Assembly (NCBI GenBank): GCA_951406725.2
Contig: OX597814.1
Coordinates: 9,858,001 to 9,922,000, forward strand
From: Octopus vulgaris
Taxonomy: Eukaryota
Direction: 5' to 3'
Length of the DNA stretch: 64,000 nucleotides
Positions 13,050 through 27,817 of the stretch are shown piece after piece. A model generated the notes under the pieces. It saw only the letters and a program-made list of their open reading frames with translations, did no database searches and was not told where the DNA came from. Every line of letters begins with the position of its first letter. Positions within the stretch are counted from its first letter, which is position 1. The position numbers and the translations under genes are program-made.

Positions 13050-13808
13050 CATATATATATATATATATGTATTTATATTTATATATATATATATGTATAT
13101 ATGTACATTTATATACATACATATACATATATAGATATACACACAAAGACATACATACACATTCATGTATGTGCATTACACATGCATACACTTGTAAACA
13201 TGCATAAGCACATACACATTGAAATAACCACACCGACAAACTCATATGAAGAAAGACTCATATACACACACACACACACACATGCACACATACACACACT
13301 CTCCTCCCCCCTCTCTCTCTTGAATACATACATACAGCCACGCACACATTTGAATCTGTCTTAAGAAGAACACTAAGTCAGCCGTCAACATGGTTTCCAT
13401 TGTGGCTGATGATATGTATAAAAATTGACATATCGTCTAATCCACAGCTACTATTTCGGCTGGCAATGGATCAGATAAGAGAAACAGGTTCACATCCTTT
13501 CCCTGTTTCTTCCCCATCTTTCTTCATTGCTTTCTTATCATCGGATCAATTTTCATATCGTCGTCGCCATATTCAATCTCCCCAATTTTTTTTTTTTTCA
13601 AAAAATAAATTTTCGAAAAAATTTTATCTATAAATTTTAGAGATTATTTTTATGTATTTATGCGTTATTTTGTTCACTTAAAATATTTTTCTTTTCTAAT
13701 TTTGAAACTAATACATTTTCCGATATGTGTGAGTTTATGTGTAATATATATATATATATACATTGTATATGTGTGAGTGCGTGTTATACATACATACATA
13801 TATCTATG

Positions 13809-13874
<66 letters not shown>

Positions 13875-14608
13875 ATAAACACATATATATGTGTGAGTGC
13901 GTGTGTATCATACCTATCTATCTATCTATCTATCTATAATATCAAAATACCTATATTTTTTCCAACTTCACTTTTCTTGCTCACCTTTCATTCATTTCTC
14001 TATCTATCATTCTGTCTATTTGCTCAGCTATATTACTCTGTGTATACACCCATGGGTATATGTATAATGTATGCGTAAATATATATCATGTTTATGTGTA
14101 TGCAGGCATGCATATAACATTTTATAAATGAAAAGAAAAAAATGCTTTGTGTGTGTATACATAAATAGTATATATACATATGTAAACAATCTACGTATAC
14201 ATACATGCGCATGAATGTATATACTGTAGAAAACATATACATATTTAGCATCATGCATTTGTAAACCTTACTTTCAAATAACAGCGAAGTTACTGGTAGA
14301 ATTCGAACCACAAATTCCTTATTTCCTAAACAGACAAGCAACCATGTCGTTGGCACAACACTAAATGCACATAAGTATTTAACACAATTGTTATTTATTT
14401 ACAAATTAGATATTTCTGAAATGTTAGTTATGTAATAAACAATAAACAGAATGTATAAGGTAATGTTGGAGCTTTTATATGGTCACTTGATTTGCTAGAA
14501 ATAGTAACAAAATATCCCTTAAAAAGAAAGGATAAGTAGTTTTAGATACTCCTAAGATGTTACTGTTACTGCCGGTCGGATGGAACGTTTTAGCGGCATG
14601 TGGCTCAA

Positions 14609-14830
14609 AAGACGGCGAACTGGCAGAATCTTTGGTGCATCGTACAAAATGCTAAGTAGCATTTCTTCAGGTTCTTTACGGTCAGGGTTCAAATCCCATC
14701 GAGATCGACTTTGCCTTTCATCCTTTCAGGGTCGATAAAATAAATACCAATCAAGTACTGGGGCCGATGTAAGTGACTTGGCCCCTACCCTTGAAATTAC
14801 TGGCTTCGTGCAAAAAAATTTGAAACAATT
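14609..14830 (+). mobile_element. SINE family C, diverged
   Basis: gactttgcctttcatcctttcagggtcgataaaataa core plus head. Confidence 0.8.
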
Positions 14831-15017
14831 ATATGTGCATCTTGATCATGTTGACATGATAAAAACAATAAAGCAACAACAAATATAACTGCAACAACTA
14901 CATCGTAAGGATGGGGATGTGTCTGTATATTTAATGCATGGAATATTTTTAAAAAATAATTGAAGGTAGAATAAAATTGAAGATGATTGAAAATAATTTA
15001 GTCGATTACTGATATTA

Positions 15018-15430
15018 GGCGTAGGAGTGGCTGTGTGGTAAGTAGCTTAGTTACCAACCACATAGTTCCGGGTTCAGTCCCACTGCGTAGCACCTTGGGA
15101 AAGTGTCTTCTACTATAGCTTCGGGTCGACCAAAGCCTTGAGAGTGGACTTGGTAGACGGAAACTGAAAGAAGCCCGTCGTATATATGTATATGCATATA
15201 TATGTATGTGTGTGTATATGTTTGTGTCTGTGTTTGTCCCCCCAACATCGCTTGACAACCGATGTTGGTGTGTTTATGTCCCCGTAACTTAGCGGTTCGG
15301 CAAAAGAGGCCGATAGACTAAGTACTAGACTTACAAAGAATAAGTCCTGGGGTCGATTTATTCGACTAAAGGCGGTGCTCCAACATGGCCACAGTCAAAT
15401 GTGAAACAAGTAAAAGAGTAAAAAGAGAGT
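15018..15430 (+). mobile_element. SINE family A, full length
   Basis: Colinear with copies at 42622 and 47489. Confidence 0.92.
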
Positions 15431-15727
15431 ATATTTTTTCCGGTTTCTACCGTCCTTCACTACTGGAGACAACTCCGGATATATTACTATGCTATTTTGG
15501 TATCATCAGCAAAGAAAAGCTACATCATAAGTAGGCTAATGAGTAGAGAAATAAAAACAGAAATGTATATTTGTGAGGATAGAAAAATAGAATTATTTCG
15601 ACCGTCAATAATTTTGAGGAGACCATTACTGTGTTAAAACCTAGGTAATGAAGATATGATTATTTTAAACAATGAACAATTCAAAATCTATTGAAATATA
15701 TAGTTACATACTAATATGACTTATATA

Positions 15728-16114
15728 GTGGAGGCGCTATGGCCCAGTGGTTAGGGCAGCGGACTCGCAGTCATAGGATCGCAGTTTCGATTCCCAGACC
15801 GGGCGTTGTGAGTGCTTATTGAGCGAAAACACCTAAAAGAGCTCCACGAGGCTCCGGCAGGGGATGGTGGTGATCCCCGCTGTACTCTTTCACCACAACT
15901 TTCTCTCACTCTTACTTCCTGTTTCTGTTGTACCTGTATTTCAAAGGGCCGGCCTTGTCACTCTCCGTGTCACGCTGAATATCCCCGAGAACTACATTAA
16001 GGGTACACGTGTCTGTGGAGTGCTCAGCCACTTACACGTTAATTTCACGAGCAGGCTGTTCTGTTGATCGGATAAACCGGAACCCTCGTCGTTGTAACCG
16101 ATGGAGTGCTTCCA
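15728..16114 (+). mobile_element. SINE family B, full length
   Basis: Near-identical reverse complement of 10587-10974. Confidence 0.92.
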
Positions 16115-17222
16115 CTTATACTTTCATGTAAGTGAGATATATTCAACGTATGTAAATGGTATCAACCAACAGCTTAAACATATATAAGTTGCCTCCACTG
16201 AGTTACATTCACATAACAATGTAGGCCATTTTTTTATGATGTACTGAAAACGAGCAGCTCAGATCTTAATGTCGATATTGACCATTTAAATGAGGTCGTC
16301 GGTAACTAAGCGATTTTATGAAAAATATGTAATGAGTGTTGCAGTGATTTTAAGTGTGGTAGGTAATTAAAGATGTAGATTAGTCAGTATTGAACTTGAT
16401 GACCAATATTCAGTTAACAGGACTTGGAGCTTATTTCTCAACATGCAACCCAGCCATAGGGATCCATAGAATTTTCGGTATGTTCAATGAATACCATCCT
16501 TCTCTCAGCGAATATTATCGCCCGAAATACGTAAGAACATGCCAATTGGCATCTGTTGGTAAGCAAGCGGTGAAACACAAATACTGTATGTGCGAGAGAG
16601 AGAGAGATAATGGAAATGAAAATGAATGAGCAACTGAGAGGAATAAAGAATGTGTGAGAGAGCAAATAACGTTTAGCTATCACTCGCAAATATGACATGC
16701 AAGCTTGCACCACATTTTCGCTATTTTAAAAGCCTAATTAGTCTCACGGGCAAGTGTAGATACTTTTGAACCAGTGGATCATCCAGAATGCGACAGGTGG
16801 AGGACAGAGAGATGCACAATCACCGGTTAGTACATTTTTGTTTTATAGGCCTCAAAAATTTGAAAGCAATGTGGACTTTGGAGGAATTTGAATTCAGAGT
16901 CTGGAAAATCAGAACAAATACAAGATTGCATCTACCAAGTTCAACCAACTCATCAATCAATTTCTCTCATTCTTCCACATGCTGTGGTTCCGATTCAAGG
17001 CAATTTATGTCTCTCGGATACTGAATGCTCCATTTCAGGCAGAGGCTCACACTTCTCCCGCTCATTAACAGACTAAAAGAAATCGGTATGTGCCTCGGCA
17101 CTAAATGCAACCTTCGTTGAGCACAGATAATGGCAACTTATAAAGGCATGGTTGAAAGGTCCCGGATGGACAACCAAGATAGCATAACTCTGTTGACTTA
17201 TTTACGAAGTAGTGGTACCTTA

Positions 17223-17486
17223 CCGGCAGGGGATGGTGGTGATCACTGCTGTACTCTTTCACCACAACTTTCTCTCACTCTTACTTCCTGTTTCTGTTGT
17301 ACCTGTATTTCAAAGGGTCGGCCTTGTCACTCTCCGTGTCACGCTGAATATCACCGAGAACTACGTTAAGGGTGCACGTGTCTGTGGAGTGCTCAGCCAC
17401 TTACACGTTAATTTCACGAGCAGACTGTTCCGTTGATTCGGATCAACCGGAACCCTCGTCGTCGCAACCGACGGAGTGCTCCCTTA
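17223..17486 (+). mobile_element. SINE family B, 5'-truncated
   Basis: 3' two-thirds of family B. 12-bp TSD agtggtacctta at 17211-17222 and 17487-17498. Confidence 0.9.
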
Positions 17487-18307
17487 AGTGGTACCTTAAT
17501 CTACTTTTATTCACCTTTAAACATCCCTGTTCACGAATACTACAGACTCTAGCACCTTGCGAACGAAAATAATTTTACCGTTAGAACCAAAGAGAAGGAT
17601 GATACCATGTTTGTTTGGAATTTCTCTTCACTGTCACTGACATGTTTATCATTTTCAAAAATACTTCCGCCTTACCGTGCACCGTCATGCTTTGCAATTG
17701 CACTGTTTCACATTCCTACCTCCTCTAATCAATTCACATCAGAACTGTCATCTTCTTGCCCAAACTTTACATGCACTACTTTTTCCCTCGGACTTGGTTT
17801 ATTTGAACCACTGAAAAACTTTGGTAGCACTTTTACACTAATTCATTCGCGAAAACAAAGTCTTGCCTCAACACTGCTTCCCACCAGTTTGTTTCCATTT
17901 CCTTTCATCAGAATACTTCAATCATTTTCAATCCTCTTTCTATCTCTCACACTGAATACACAGTATATACGTATACCTGTGTATACACAAACACACTCAT
18001 AAGTATATATTAGAAGCAATTATTCGGATAAACAAATTAGACACTTCACATACGTTAAATATATTAAATATCAATACATCAAATACAAAACATGTATATA
18101 TGTATACATGCAAAACGAAAGGTGGAAACTTTCGGATGATGAATTTTTATGCATAAATATATGAATATTTATATTAATAGATCTGACTTAGACTGGGTAC
18201 AAACGACAGAGAAAATTAAAGTCAATAAACAGAAGTGAGAAAAGGATTTAATTGATATTACTGAAATCTATTACAATTTAAAAAATGCATGCATATACAT
18301 GAATATA

Positions 18308-18526
18308 AAAGGAAGGGTGCTGAAAACTCCTGGTTTTTATGGTATCACGAAAGGCCTGGTTGGAGGCCCAACCTTCCGAGTTTTTTTTACTGGGCTTAGA
18401 AAGACTGAAGGGCCGTTGTAATAGGGGTGTGAATCTGAGAGGTGAAGATGTTGAATAAAATCATAATTTATTGATCCTTCTGTATTTTCTTTGACCCAAA
18501 GCCAGGAACATTTCAGCACCCACTCG
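18308..18526 (+). mobile_element. Mariner-derived MITE (~220 bp)
   Basis: Imperfect TIRs gggtgctgaaaactcctgg / ccaggaacatttcagcaccc. Interior reads GLRKTEG..VNLRGEDVE*, like a mariner transposase C-terminus. Confidence 0.65.
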
Positions 18527-19631
18527 TGTGTGTGTGTGTGTGTAAAGAGAGAGGGTGAAAGGGACAGAGAGAAAGAGAGAGTATGAGGGTCAGACCAAAA
18601 GAAAGTTTGTGTGTATGCTTGTGTGAAGGATTAATTATGAAACTCAAAAAAGACCAGAATGAATTAAACGGTAAGAGATTAATATAAACAGTAAGATAAT
18701 AATAACCTATAGACATTACTGTTTTGAATACTAGTATTCATAGAGTTGGTTACCTAGTAGAACTAGTTTGTCAAAGTTGCCACGTAGTGAGATTGAACCC
18801 GAGGCCCCGTGGTTGCAAAGTGAACTTCTTAACCATAGCTCTATAAATATTTAGACTGATAGATGAATGGATAGGTAGATAGACTGATAGGCAGATGTAT
18901 AGACCGAGCTTGTGGTAATTTGTTAGATAGATAGAATGTGAGAGAGTGAGATCGTAATAATGATTTATAAAAGATGGGAAAATGAGAAAAAATTTGAAGA
19001 AGAGAATTAAAGAAAAAGAAGAAAAATAGACTACAAAGAGTGTAAAACATGGTGATGGAATTATAAAAAAAGTAGTTTGAGACAAAGTGAGATAATGTGA
19101 AAAAAGGAAAGAAGAAAAAATGACCAAAAATATTATTGGTGTCATAAAATGGCGGAAGAGATAAAGTCAAGAGAGAAAAATCAACCAAACAAAAAAAAAA
19201 CATGGTTTTAAGAACGTTACATTAAATAAACTGGTTTCATTTGAACAAAAGGAAGAAAAAACAACAACAAAAATGAACAAAAACAAAACATCTTTGAGGG
19301 TGAGAAGAAAGAATGCTGCGGGAATTGAAGGAGAACAGCGATAAGATGGTCAGATTTTGAACCGGAAATTTTCTTAGAACACACTGGAAGTTTAGTGGAT
19401 GCATTGGTGATAGGTGAGCAACTGAAGCGGTGCAAAAGGATGCGAAAGGTCAACGTTATTTTGTTATCTTGGTTTATTCGTTGTTTTCTGTTATGTTACA
19501 AGAGATTGGGAGTGTTGGATTAGGGTTAATACGGCGGTAGAAGGTGGAATAAGGAGAGATGAAAGGGTATTAGTATTGCCGAGTTTAACAGTCGATGATG
19601 AAAAGAGATAGAGATTGGGGAAAAGTATAGC

Positions 19632-19696
<65 letters not shown>

Positions 19697-20288
19697 AAGA
19701 GAAATGGAAGGGGGACAAGAGAGGGGGTGGGGGTGGGAGAATTAAAGTGAAAGTGAAAATACAAATACACAAATTAATGAGGTACTGTGAGAAAGAGAGA
19801 AAAACGTTACTAAAAGAGAGGATAATTAATGCAAATAGAGTGTCAGGAAGGAGGACGTGAGAGAGGAAGAAAGAGAGCAGAAAGAAGAGAGAAAGTGGGA
19901 AAGCGAAAGGGAGGGAGGGAGAGAGGGGAAAGAAAGAAGAAAAGAAGAGAGAAAAGTGGAGGGAGAGGTTCAAAGAAGGGTGAGGGTAGAGGAATAGAGT
20001 GAAACCTGAGACATTATCTGAAGAAGATACAGTGAGGGACGGAAAAAAAATTACAGTTAAAAATCAGTGTGAATTGCAGAGATTGAAGAATAGTGAGAAA
20101 TAGTGAAATAGTGAGAGAGAATAATATGAATGAAGGAGGGACAGGGAAGGTGTGTATATGTGAAGAAGAGAGAAAGAGAGTGAACCTAACAGACAGTACA
20201 ACTAAAGTTAATAGACACACAGACAGACAAACAGATAGATAGACAGGTAGAAAGATAAATAGAGAGACAGACGGATAGACAGAGAGAC

Positions 20289-20376
<88 letters not shown>

Positions 20377-21275
20377 TGTAGATAGGAGGTGAGAAAAGAA
20401 TGAAAACTAAAGTGTAATTTTCATATATACAGACATATGTATGTATGTATGTATGTATGTATATACATATACATATTATACATGTATATATGTGTATGTG
20501 TTTGTATATATATAATTTTAACGGTGGAACTCGAAACAAATAAAGCTACAAATAATAGCCTGTAGAATATTGGGTTAAAAAAAAGACAACGAGTGGGGAA
20601 AAAAAGTCGAAGGCTTCGTCTGGAAGCTGGAATCACAACTTCTGCGAGCATTTATGAGCATGATAGATGTTCTACCATAATAAAAAGCAACTCTTCGAAT
20701 TTTTTCTACACTCAGAATTCTTTCTCTCATCCAAAGGTTTTTTAAAACACAATATTCAATACGCTAATATTTAGAGCTTTATCGACTTCAAGTTTTGGTG
20801 TTAAAAACGATTTATTTAAGGTCGCTCGAAGTTTTGTCGCGATGGTGGCTCAGTTGGGATAATGTGGAGTTGGCAAATGAAGATATATTTCGTTGGCTGT
20901 GTGATTAATAACTGAAACACACTCGCCAACAATTGCCGGGCATATAGGTATTAGATGCTTGCTATTTACAATGAACAATATAAATGTTTGCCGATTGGGA
21001 GGGATACAGTTTGCTCTGAAACTGTAGAAAGTTACCTGTATGGCAACATGCAGTTGGCCCTAAAATATATGAAGACAAATGCACAAATCTCCGTGGCGTC
21101 AGAGGTCCTTGGCTGATTGGCCTTGACCGTCAGCTGGATGTCTGCATTGGCAAGATGGCAAGTGTGTGAAATAGTAAGCCACATTTTGGTGAAGCTGAAG
21201 TCTAAAAGCAGAACTCCGACATATATATGTGTGTATATATATCTATATCTATCTAGCTATCTATCTATCTATCTA

Positions 21276-21454
<179 letters not shown>

Positions 21455-21879
21455 GCCTAAAAGTAGACTAGCTCCTGCGGAGGGCTACTTGGGCTTGCGG
21501 CCCAAAACTGCAGAGACCTGTAATTAGAACGCGTTTATTGGTAGTCTCCCAATATGGTATTGCTTTAAATTCAGTTTAAATGAAAAATTTGTAAGTTCAC
21601 GAATTTTTGTAGTTCTTTTAAAATTTGAATTTTCGACTGTTAGCATATAACAGATCCTCATCCAGGCCTGATCCCAATGCTGGATGTTCAGGACAGATTT
21701 TCAATCTCGGGATCATCCTGTTTCCAGAAAGGTATAATGTGTCTATGTTGAGCAAATATAGACTGAGATACACGGGGCCCCGGCCGGTCGGACAGACAGA
21801 ATTTTACGTTTATTATTATAGCCGCGCGCGCGTGTACACATAAAATAAATAGGTATGGAGAAACTAAAAGTCACTCATT

Positions 21880-21939
<60 letters not shown>

Positions 21940-22062
21940 TACGTACATGTATACTTACACATGCACGCATGCACATACACACTCACACACCAACATATTT
22001 GCAGATAGATAAATAAATAGATAGATAGATAGGGATAGAAAATCGAATGAAAAGTTAGTATA

Positions 22063-22286
22063 TATCTCTTTACTGCCCAGAAGGGGCTAAACATAGAGGG
22101 GACAAACAAGGACAGACGAAGGGATTGAGTCGATTATATCGCCCCCAGTGCGAAACTGGTACTTTATTTATCGACCCCGAAAGGATGAAAGGCAAAGTCG
22201 ACCTCGGCGGAATTTGAACTCAGAACGTAGTGGCAGACGAAATACCGCTAAGCATTTCACTCGACGTGCTAACGTGTCTGCCAGTT
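22063..22286 (-). mobile_element. SINE family C monomer
   Basis: Reverse complement of 44191-44411. Confidence 0.88.
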
Positions 22287-22536
22287 AGTATAATGAAAAG
22301 AATACAGAGCAAGATTGGAAGAGAGTGAAAGAGGGAGCAAGAGGGGGAGGGGGTGAAAGAGAGAAAGAAATGTGGATCACTGTGTGAAAATGTATAGAAA
22401 GAGGATCGAGTAGCGAGGGTTTTGGAAGAAAATTTTAAAACAATATAACTTTAGAAGTTAGAATAGTCTTCTATGGCATTGTAGAATTTTGAAGTTATTG
22501 ATTCAGTCACACTGAGAGAGAGGTGGAGGAGAGAGA

Positions 22537-22567
<31 letters not shown>

Positions 22568-23030
22568 GAATCGTGAGTAAGAGCAGAGAGAGAGCAAGAA
22601 TGATGGAGAGAGATGGAAAAAGAAAGAGAGGAGGGGAGTGTGCAAAAGGCACTATATAAGTAAACATGTTTGTTACATTTTCTATGGAATTGCTGCTTGT
22701 ATATATTTATAAAAAATATTGCATTGTTTACATTGATTCACAGAGAAAGGACTGTGTGCAGAATCCAGTTTTTAATTAAGTTATAGTTAACATGTTAAAT
22801 GTAGAGACCTCCGAAAAGTTAATTAAAAATGAATATGCGGAGAGAAAAGAAAAGATAAACTCATTAACTCAGTGCCTAACTTTATTTCGGTTATTTCGAT
22901 AAAATACAGGAGACAACTTCCAGGTTTTATATTTTTTTAATCTCATCTGCAAAGCATAGAGTTCACTGTATTTACCAAAGTAATCACGAGAGAATCATTG
23001 TCTACTCACGGACAATATGTTCAGTATTGT

Positions 23031-23900
23031 AAGGCGACGAGCTGGCAGAAACGTTAGCACACTGGGTAAAATGCCTAGCGGTATTTCGTCTGCTGTTACG
23101 TTGTAAGTTCAAATTCTGCCGAGGTCGACTTCGCCTTTCATCCTTTCGGGGTCGATAAATTAAGTACCAGTTACGCACGGGAGTCGATGTAATCGACTTA
23201 ATCCGTTTGTCTGTCTTTGTTTGTTCCCTCTGTGTTTAGCCACTTCTGGGTAGTAAAGAAATAGGTATCTCGTCTGTCTTTACGTTCTATGTTCAAATTC
23301 CGCCGATGTCGACTTTGCTTTTCATCCGTTTGGGTACCAGCAGCCTACTGTATCGATCTAATCTACTGGCCTCCTCCCCTCAAATTCCGGGCCTTGTGCT
23401 TAGAGTAGAAAAGAATATGTTCAATCGGCAAGCTGCCAGAAGCGAGAGCCCGTCAGGTAAAATGCTTCACGGGATTTTGCTTGTCTTTCTGTTCTGAGTT
23501 CGAATTCCGTCGAACTTGACTTTGCTTTTCCTCCATTCGGGGTCGACACATTCGAACACTGTGGTCGATATAATCGACTTACCCCCATCTTGAAATTGCT
23601 GCTTTTGTGCCAAAATTTGAAACCAATACCGTACGTGAATAAACGTGAAAAATAGCATATTTAAGAGAATAGGTTACTGTTATTAACGTTTTGACGAAGA
23701 CGTTGAGCTGGCAGAATCGTTAGCATGCCAGAAAAAAATACTTGGCGACATTTCGTACGTTTTGACGTTCTGAGTTCAAATTCCGACGATTTCGTCTTTC
23801 ATCCTCTCGGAGTCGATGAAATAAGTACCAGTGGAGTATTGAAGTCAATGTAATCGACTTTCTCAAAACTGCCGGCCTTGTGCCTCAATAAGAAAGGATT
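23031..23900 (+). mobile_element. Cluster of SINE family C copies (dimer 23031-23413, monomers ~23430-23625 and ~23700-23900)
   Basis: Four gttcaaatt/gttcgaatt B-box plus core units in the same orientation. Confidence 0.85.
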
Positions 23901-26432
23901 GTTTACAGAAGAGATAATCATTTATAAACAAATCCTTAACACGACCTACGCTCCGTAGATTTAACAAATATAACAGGGATGTCTCCTTACACTAGACAGC
24001 TCGACTGAATTTGACAGTGAATTCTGAACACTTTCAGAAAATTTCGGATATGGTAGGATGCAGTTATAACAGAAAGGACGAAGGCGTTGAAACTATACAT
24101 ATAAAAGTGGGTTCTGCGTCCAAGTCCAACCAAATGATTGTGTGCGTGAAAACGGTTTCATAATAGATATTAAGTATAAAAGATCGAAACGTACATTTAA
24201 ACAGACAAACATGCAGTTACAAAGAGAAATAACAATTTATGGAAAGCCAAGTTCTGAATTGCCTACCCAAATATTTATAGGTTACTTAGAGAATCAAGTG
24301 TACGTACCTACTGATGTACTACCTAGTTACTTGATCCGCTAGAATTAGCAACCAAAAAACTCTAAAATTACATCGTACCGTCTTGAATAAAGAAGGGCAC
24401 ATTGGATTGTGTGTGTTTTATTTATTCTGTATGTCTGATGGGATGGTCATAGCTGGAACAACTCTAATCATATTTTGCTCGGATTATGACTTTTGCTTCT
24501 GTACTAGTAGTTTTCAAAAATGTTGTTATTTTAGATAACAAGACTATGTCTGAAATATAAACATTTGTATGATAATTAAAAAACAAAGATCCTGGGCTGC
24601 CGGACATATTCATTTGATTGGATAATCCATACTACGTGCATCCCGTATATGAATTGTAAGTCAGAATTATATAATTGTTACATGTTGAGGTCGATAATCC
24701 ATCATTAACTGTCCTTTCAAAGGAAAGTAACTAAAGAGAAATTTCTCTTTGCAATTCCACATAATTCTGACTCTAACATTATTTCTTCACCAAAAGCAAT
24801 CGAGCAAGGGAGACAATGCACATCATTCCTTGTGAATATATATTTCCAGAAACTACCGACTTAAAATTAACTGTCAAATCCCACGATCACAACCCCGGTT
24901 ATATGATCTAGCACATCAATAAGAAGTTTATTGAGAGGAAGAGAAGCTTAAGTGGCGATACCTTCTGCTATGTGTAGCTGAAAACACATTTTCAAGTCAT
25001 ATGGTACAGACATAAATTTTGAATGCTAATAGTAGCCTTGATTATCAAGTGAATATTTCACCAGTATATTAAGGCAAAGACAGCTTAAATGGTGGTAACT
25101 CTCTTCGTTATGTTGCATTTACATTTCCAAATCATACGCAGCAGACTTGAATTATGGAGGACAAATATCTCAGTCATTATCTTGAATATTGATTACATAC
25201 TCAAATACAGTTTTTCCTAATGTTTAAGCAATCAAGTAATTACAGGAGTAATTTTTAAAAGTTCCAGTTTATTTTCCTTTTTGTGTAAGTAAACAAGACA
25301 GGGAATCTTTATTCTTCTTTATTGAAAATGTTAACTGGCTAAGTTAGTATTTTAAGCTTCTAGATTGCGCACAAATTGCAATTACTGCTACGACAGTTGC
25401 ATGATTCTATTTTTGCAGGTATTCCCTGGTTAATTGCTGGTAATTTTGCCTTTTAGATACCCAATATATTACTGTAGTAAAGTGAAATTACTTTTGCTGA
25501 ACGAATGCATATACTGTGCGTACCGGGTTTTGAAGGGGTTTGTAGTAATATATGTAGTATCACAATCGATTAAATATAGACTAAGATGAATGCTATAGTA
25601 ACTACTGAGATTGATTCGTTGATATAATGTTCGACTAAAATACATTAAGTTTGGGCCCAGCATGACTGTATTCCAATGATTGAAAACAATAAAAGAATAA
25701 AAAAGGACAGAAAAATGAAAACGTACGTACATATATATAAACACATATTTATATAGATTTGTCTGTAAATGCACATTGAATTCTTGTTGATTTCCACGAA
25801 GGAACGGTTCAGTTGTATACATACACATGTGCAGAATATGCATGTGTATGTACACATGTACATGCTAGTGTGCATGTGCGAACGTTTGCGTAGAGTGCTT
25901 GTTCTTCATTTTGTATGTGTACGTGCAATGTGTAAGCTACGTGTCGGCGTTCGAATGGTGTCGTCTGGACATAAGTTGCGCGTGCAGACAGAACCAGTCG
26001 AGATGTCTTGAACTGTCTGGCGCCCCTTCTGATCACTGCTGATTACTTTCGGATCATACGTCATCAGCCAACAGACCACCGGCTGACAGCCTTATCACCC
26101 TCAGCCGATGCCATATTTTTGCTCTTCTTTTACAACATGGTTTCCTCTTTATCTCCATCAAACACATATACACACACACAAATACATACATGCATAAATA
26201 CATACATACATACATATATATATATATATTCTCTCTCCCATATTTCCCTTCTTCTCTCTTTCCCGTCTCCTTCTGCCTTGCTATCTGTCAGTCTTTCTAT
26301 CATTCTCTCTCTTTCCTCTTGCGTGACTTCTATATGCTTTAATCTTTCTGTCTCCTAATTTCGATCACCATTTCCATTTTCACGTTCTTGTTATCGCTAT
26401 CTCTCTCTCTCTCTCTTATTCTATTCCCTTTT

Positions 26433-26469
<37 letters not shown>

Positions 26470-26897
26470 CTCTCTGTCTATTTTCTCTTTCTCTTTCTTA
26501 TCTTTTTATTCACATTCCTTTAACATCCTTCATTACTTGTCCCCCATTTTATCCCTATTCCCTTTGTCACGTCTTTATTATCTCTGCTCTCTATTTCTCT
26601 GTCTCTTTTTCTCTCTTATCTTTTCCCTCCATTTCTTCTCTATGATTCACTCTGTCTTTCTATCTCTTAATTTCTATCATTATTTTTCATTATCACGTCC
26701 TTGTTATCTGCCTCTAACTCTCTCTCATTCGTTCTCTTTTCCTTCTTCACTTCTTCAGTTTTATCTCCATATTTCTCTTGTCTACTACACCTTGTTTCTA
26801 AATCTATGACTTGCAAAGCCTTCATTTTGTATAGCAGTATATCCCTATTTCTCTGTCTCTGTCTCTGCCTGTCTCTCTCTCTCTGGCTAGCTGTCTG

Positions 26898-26970
<73 letters not shown>

Positions 26971-27112
26971 GGTCTGTCTATCTATCTGCCTGTTATCCAT
27001 CACATCCATACGTCCGTCTGTCCGTCTGTCTGTTCCATCCATCTATCAATCCATCCGTCCGTCCATCCAACCATACATTCTCTCTCTCTCTCTCTATCTA
27101 TCTCTCTATCTC

Positions 27113-27148
<36 letters not shown>

Positions 27149-27337
27149 CATTTATTATTGGCTCTCAATATTTCAAACAACCTCTCTCCTACGACACTCT
27201 CCTTTACACGCTTTCTCTTACTCTTTTTATTTTACCTGCCTGTCACTCCCTTTCTTTATGCTTACATCTCTTTTTCTTTCTCTTTCCTTATTTGTCCTCT
27301 AAAAGCCTTTCTATGCATCATTATCTCTTTAATCCTT

Positions 27338-27817
27338 AAGGCGGCGAGCTGGCAGAAACGTTAGCACGCTGGGCGAAATGCTTAGCGGTATTTAGTCTGC
27401 CGTAACAAGGCGGCGAGCTGGCAGAATCGAAGGCGGCGAGCTGGCAGAATCGTTAGCACGTCGGGCGAAATGCTTAGTGGTATTTCGGCTGCCGTAACGT
27501 TGCGAGTTCAAATTCCGCCGAGGTCGACGTTGCCTTTCATCCTTTCGGGGTCGATAAATTAAGCACCAGTTACGCACTGGGGTCGATGTAATCGACTTAA
27601 TACCTATGTTTGTCCCCTCTATGTTTAGCCCCTTGTGGGTAATAAAGAAATAGGTATTTAGTCTGCCGCTTTGTTCTGAGTTCAAATTCCGCCGAGGTCG
27701 ACTTTACCCTTTATCCTTTCGGAGTCGATAAATTAATTGCCAGTAAAACACTGGGGTCGGTGTAATCGACTAGTCCCTTCCCGAACAATTTCAGACTTTG
27801 TGTTTCTAGTAGAAAAG
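27338..27817 (+). mobile_element. SINE family C dimer with triplicated 5' end
   Basis: aaggcggcgagctggcagaa at 27338, 27407 and 27430. 18-bp TSD attatctct(t/g)taatcctt at 27320-27337 and 27818-27835. Confidence 0.88.
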
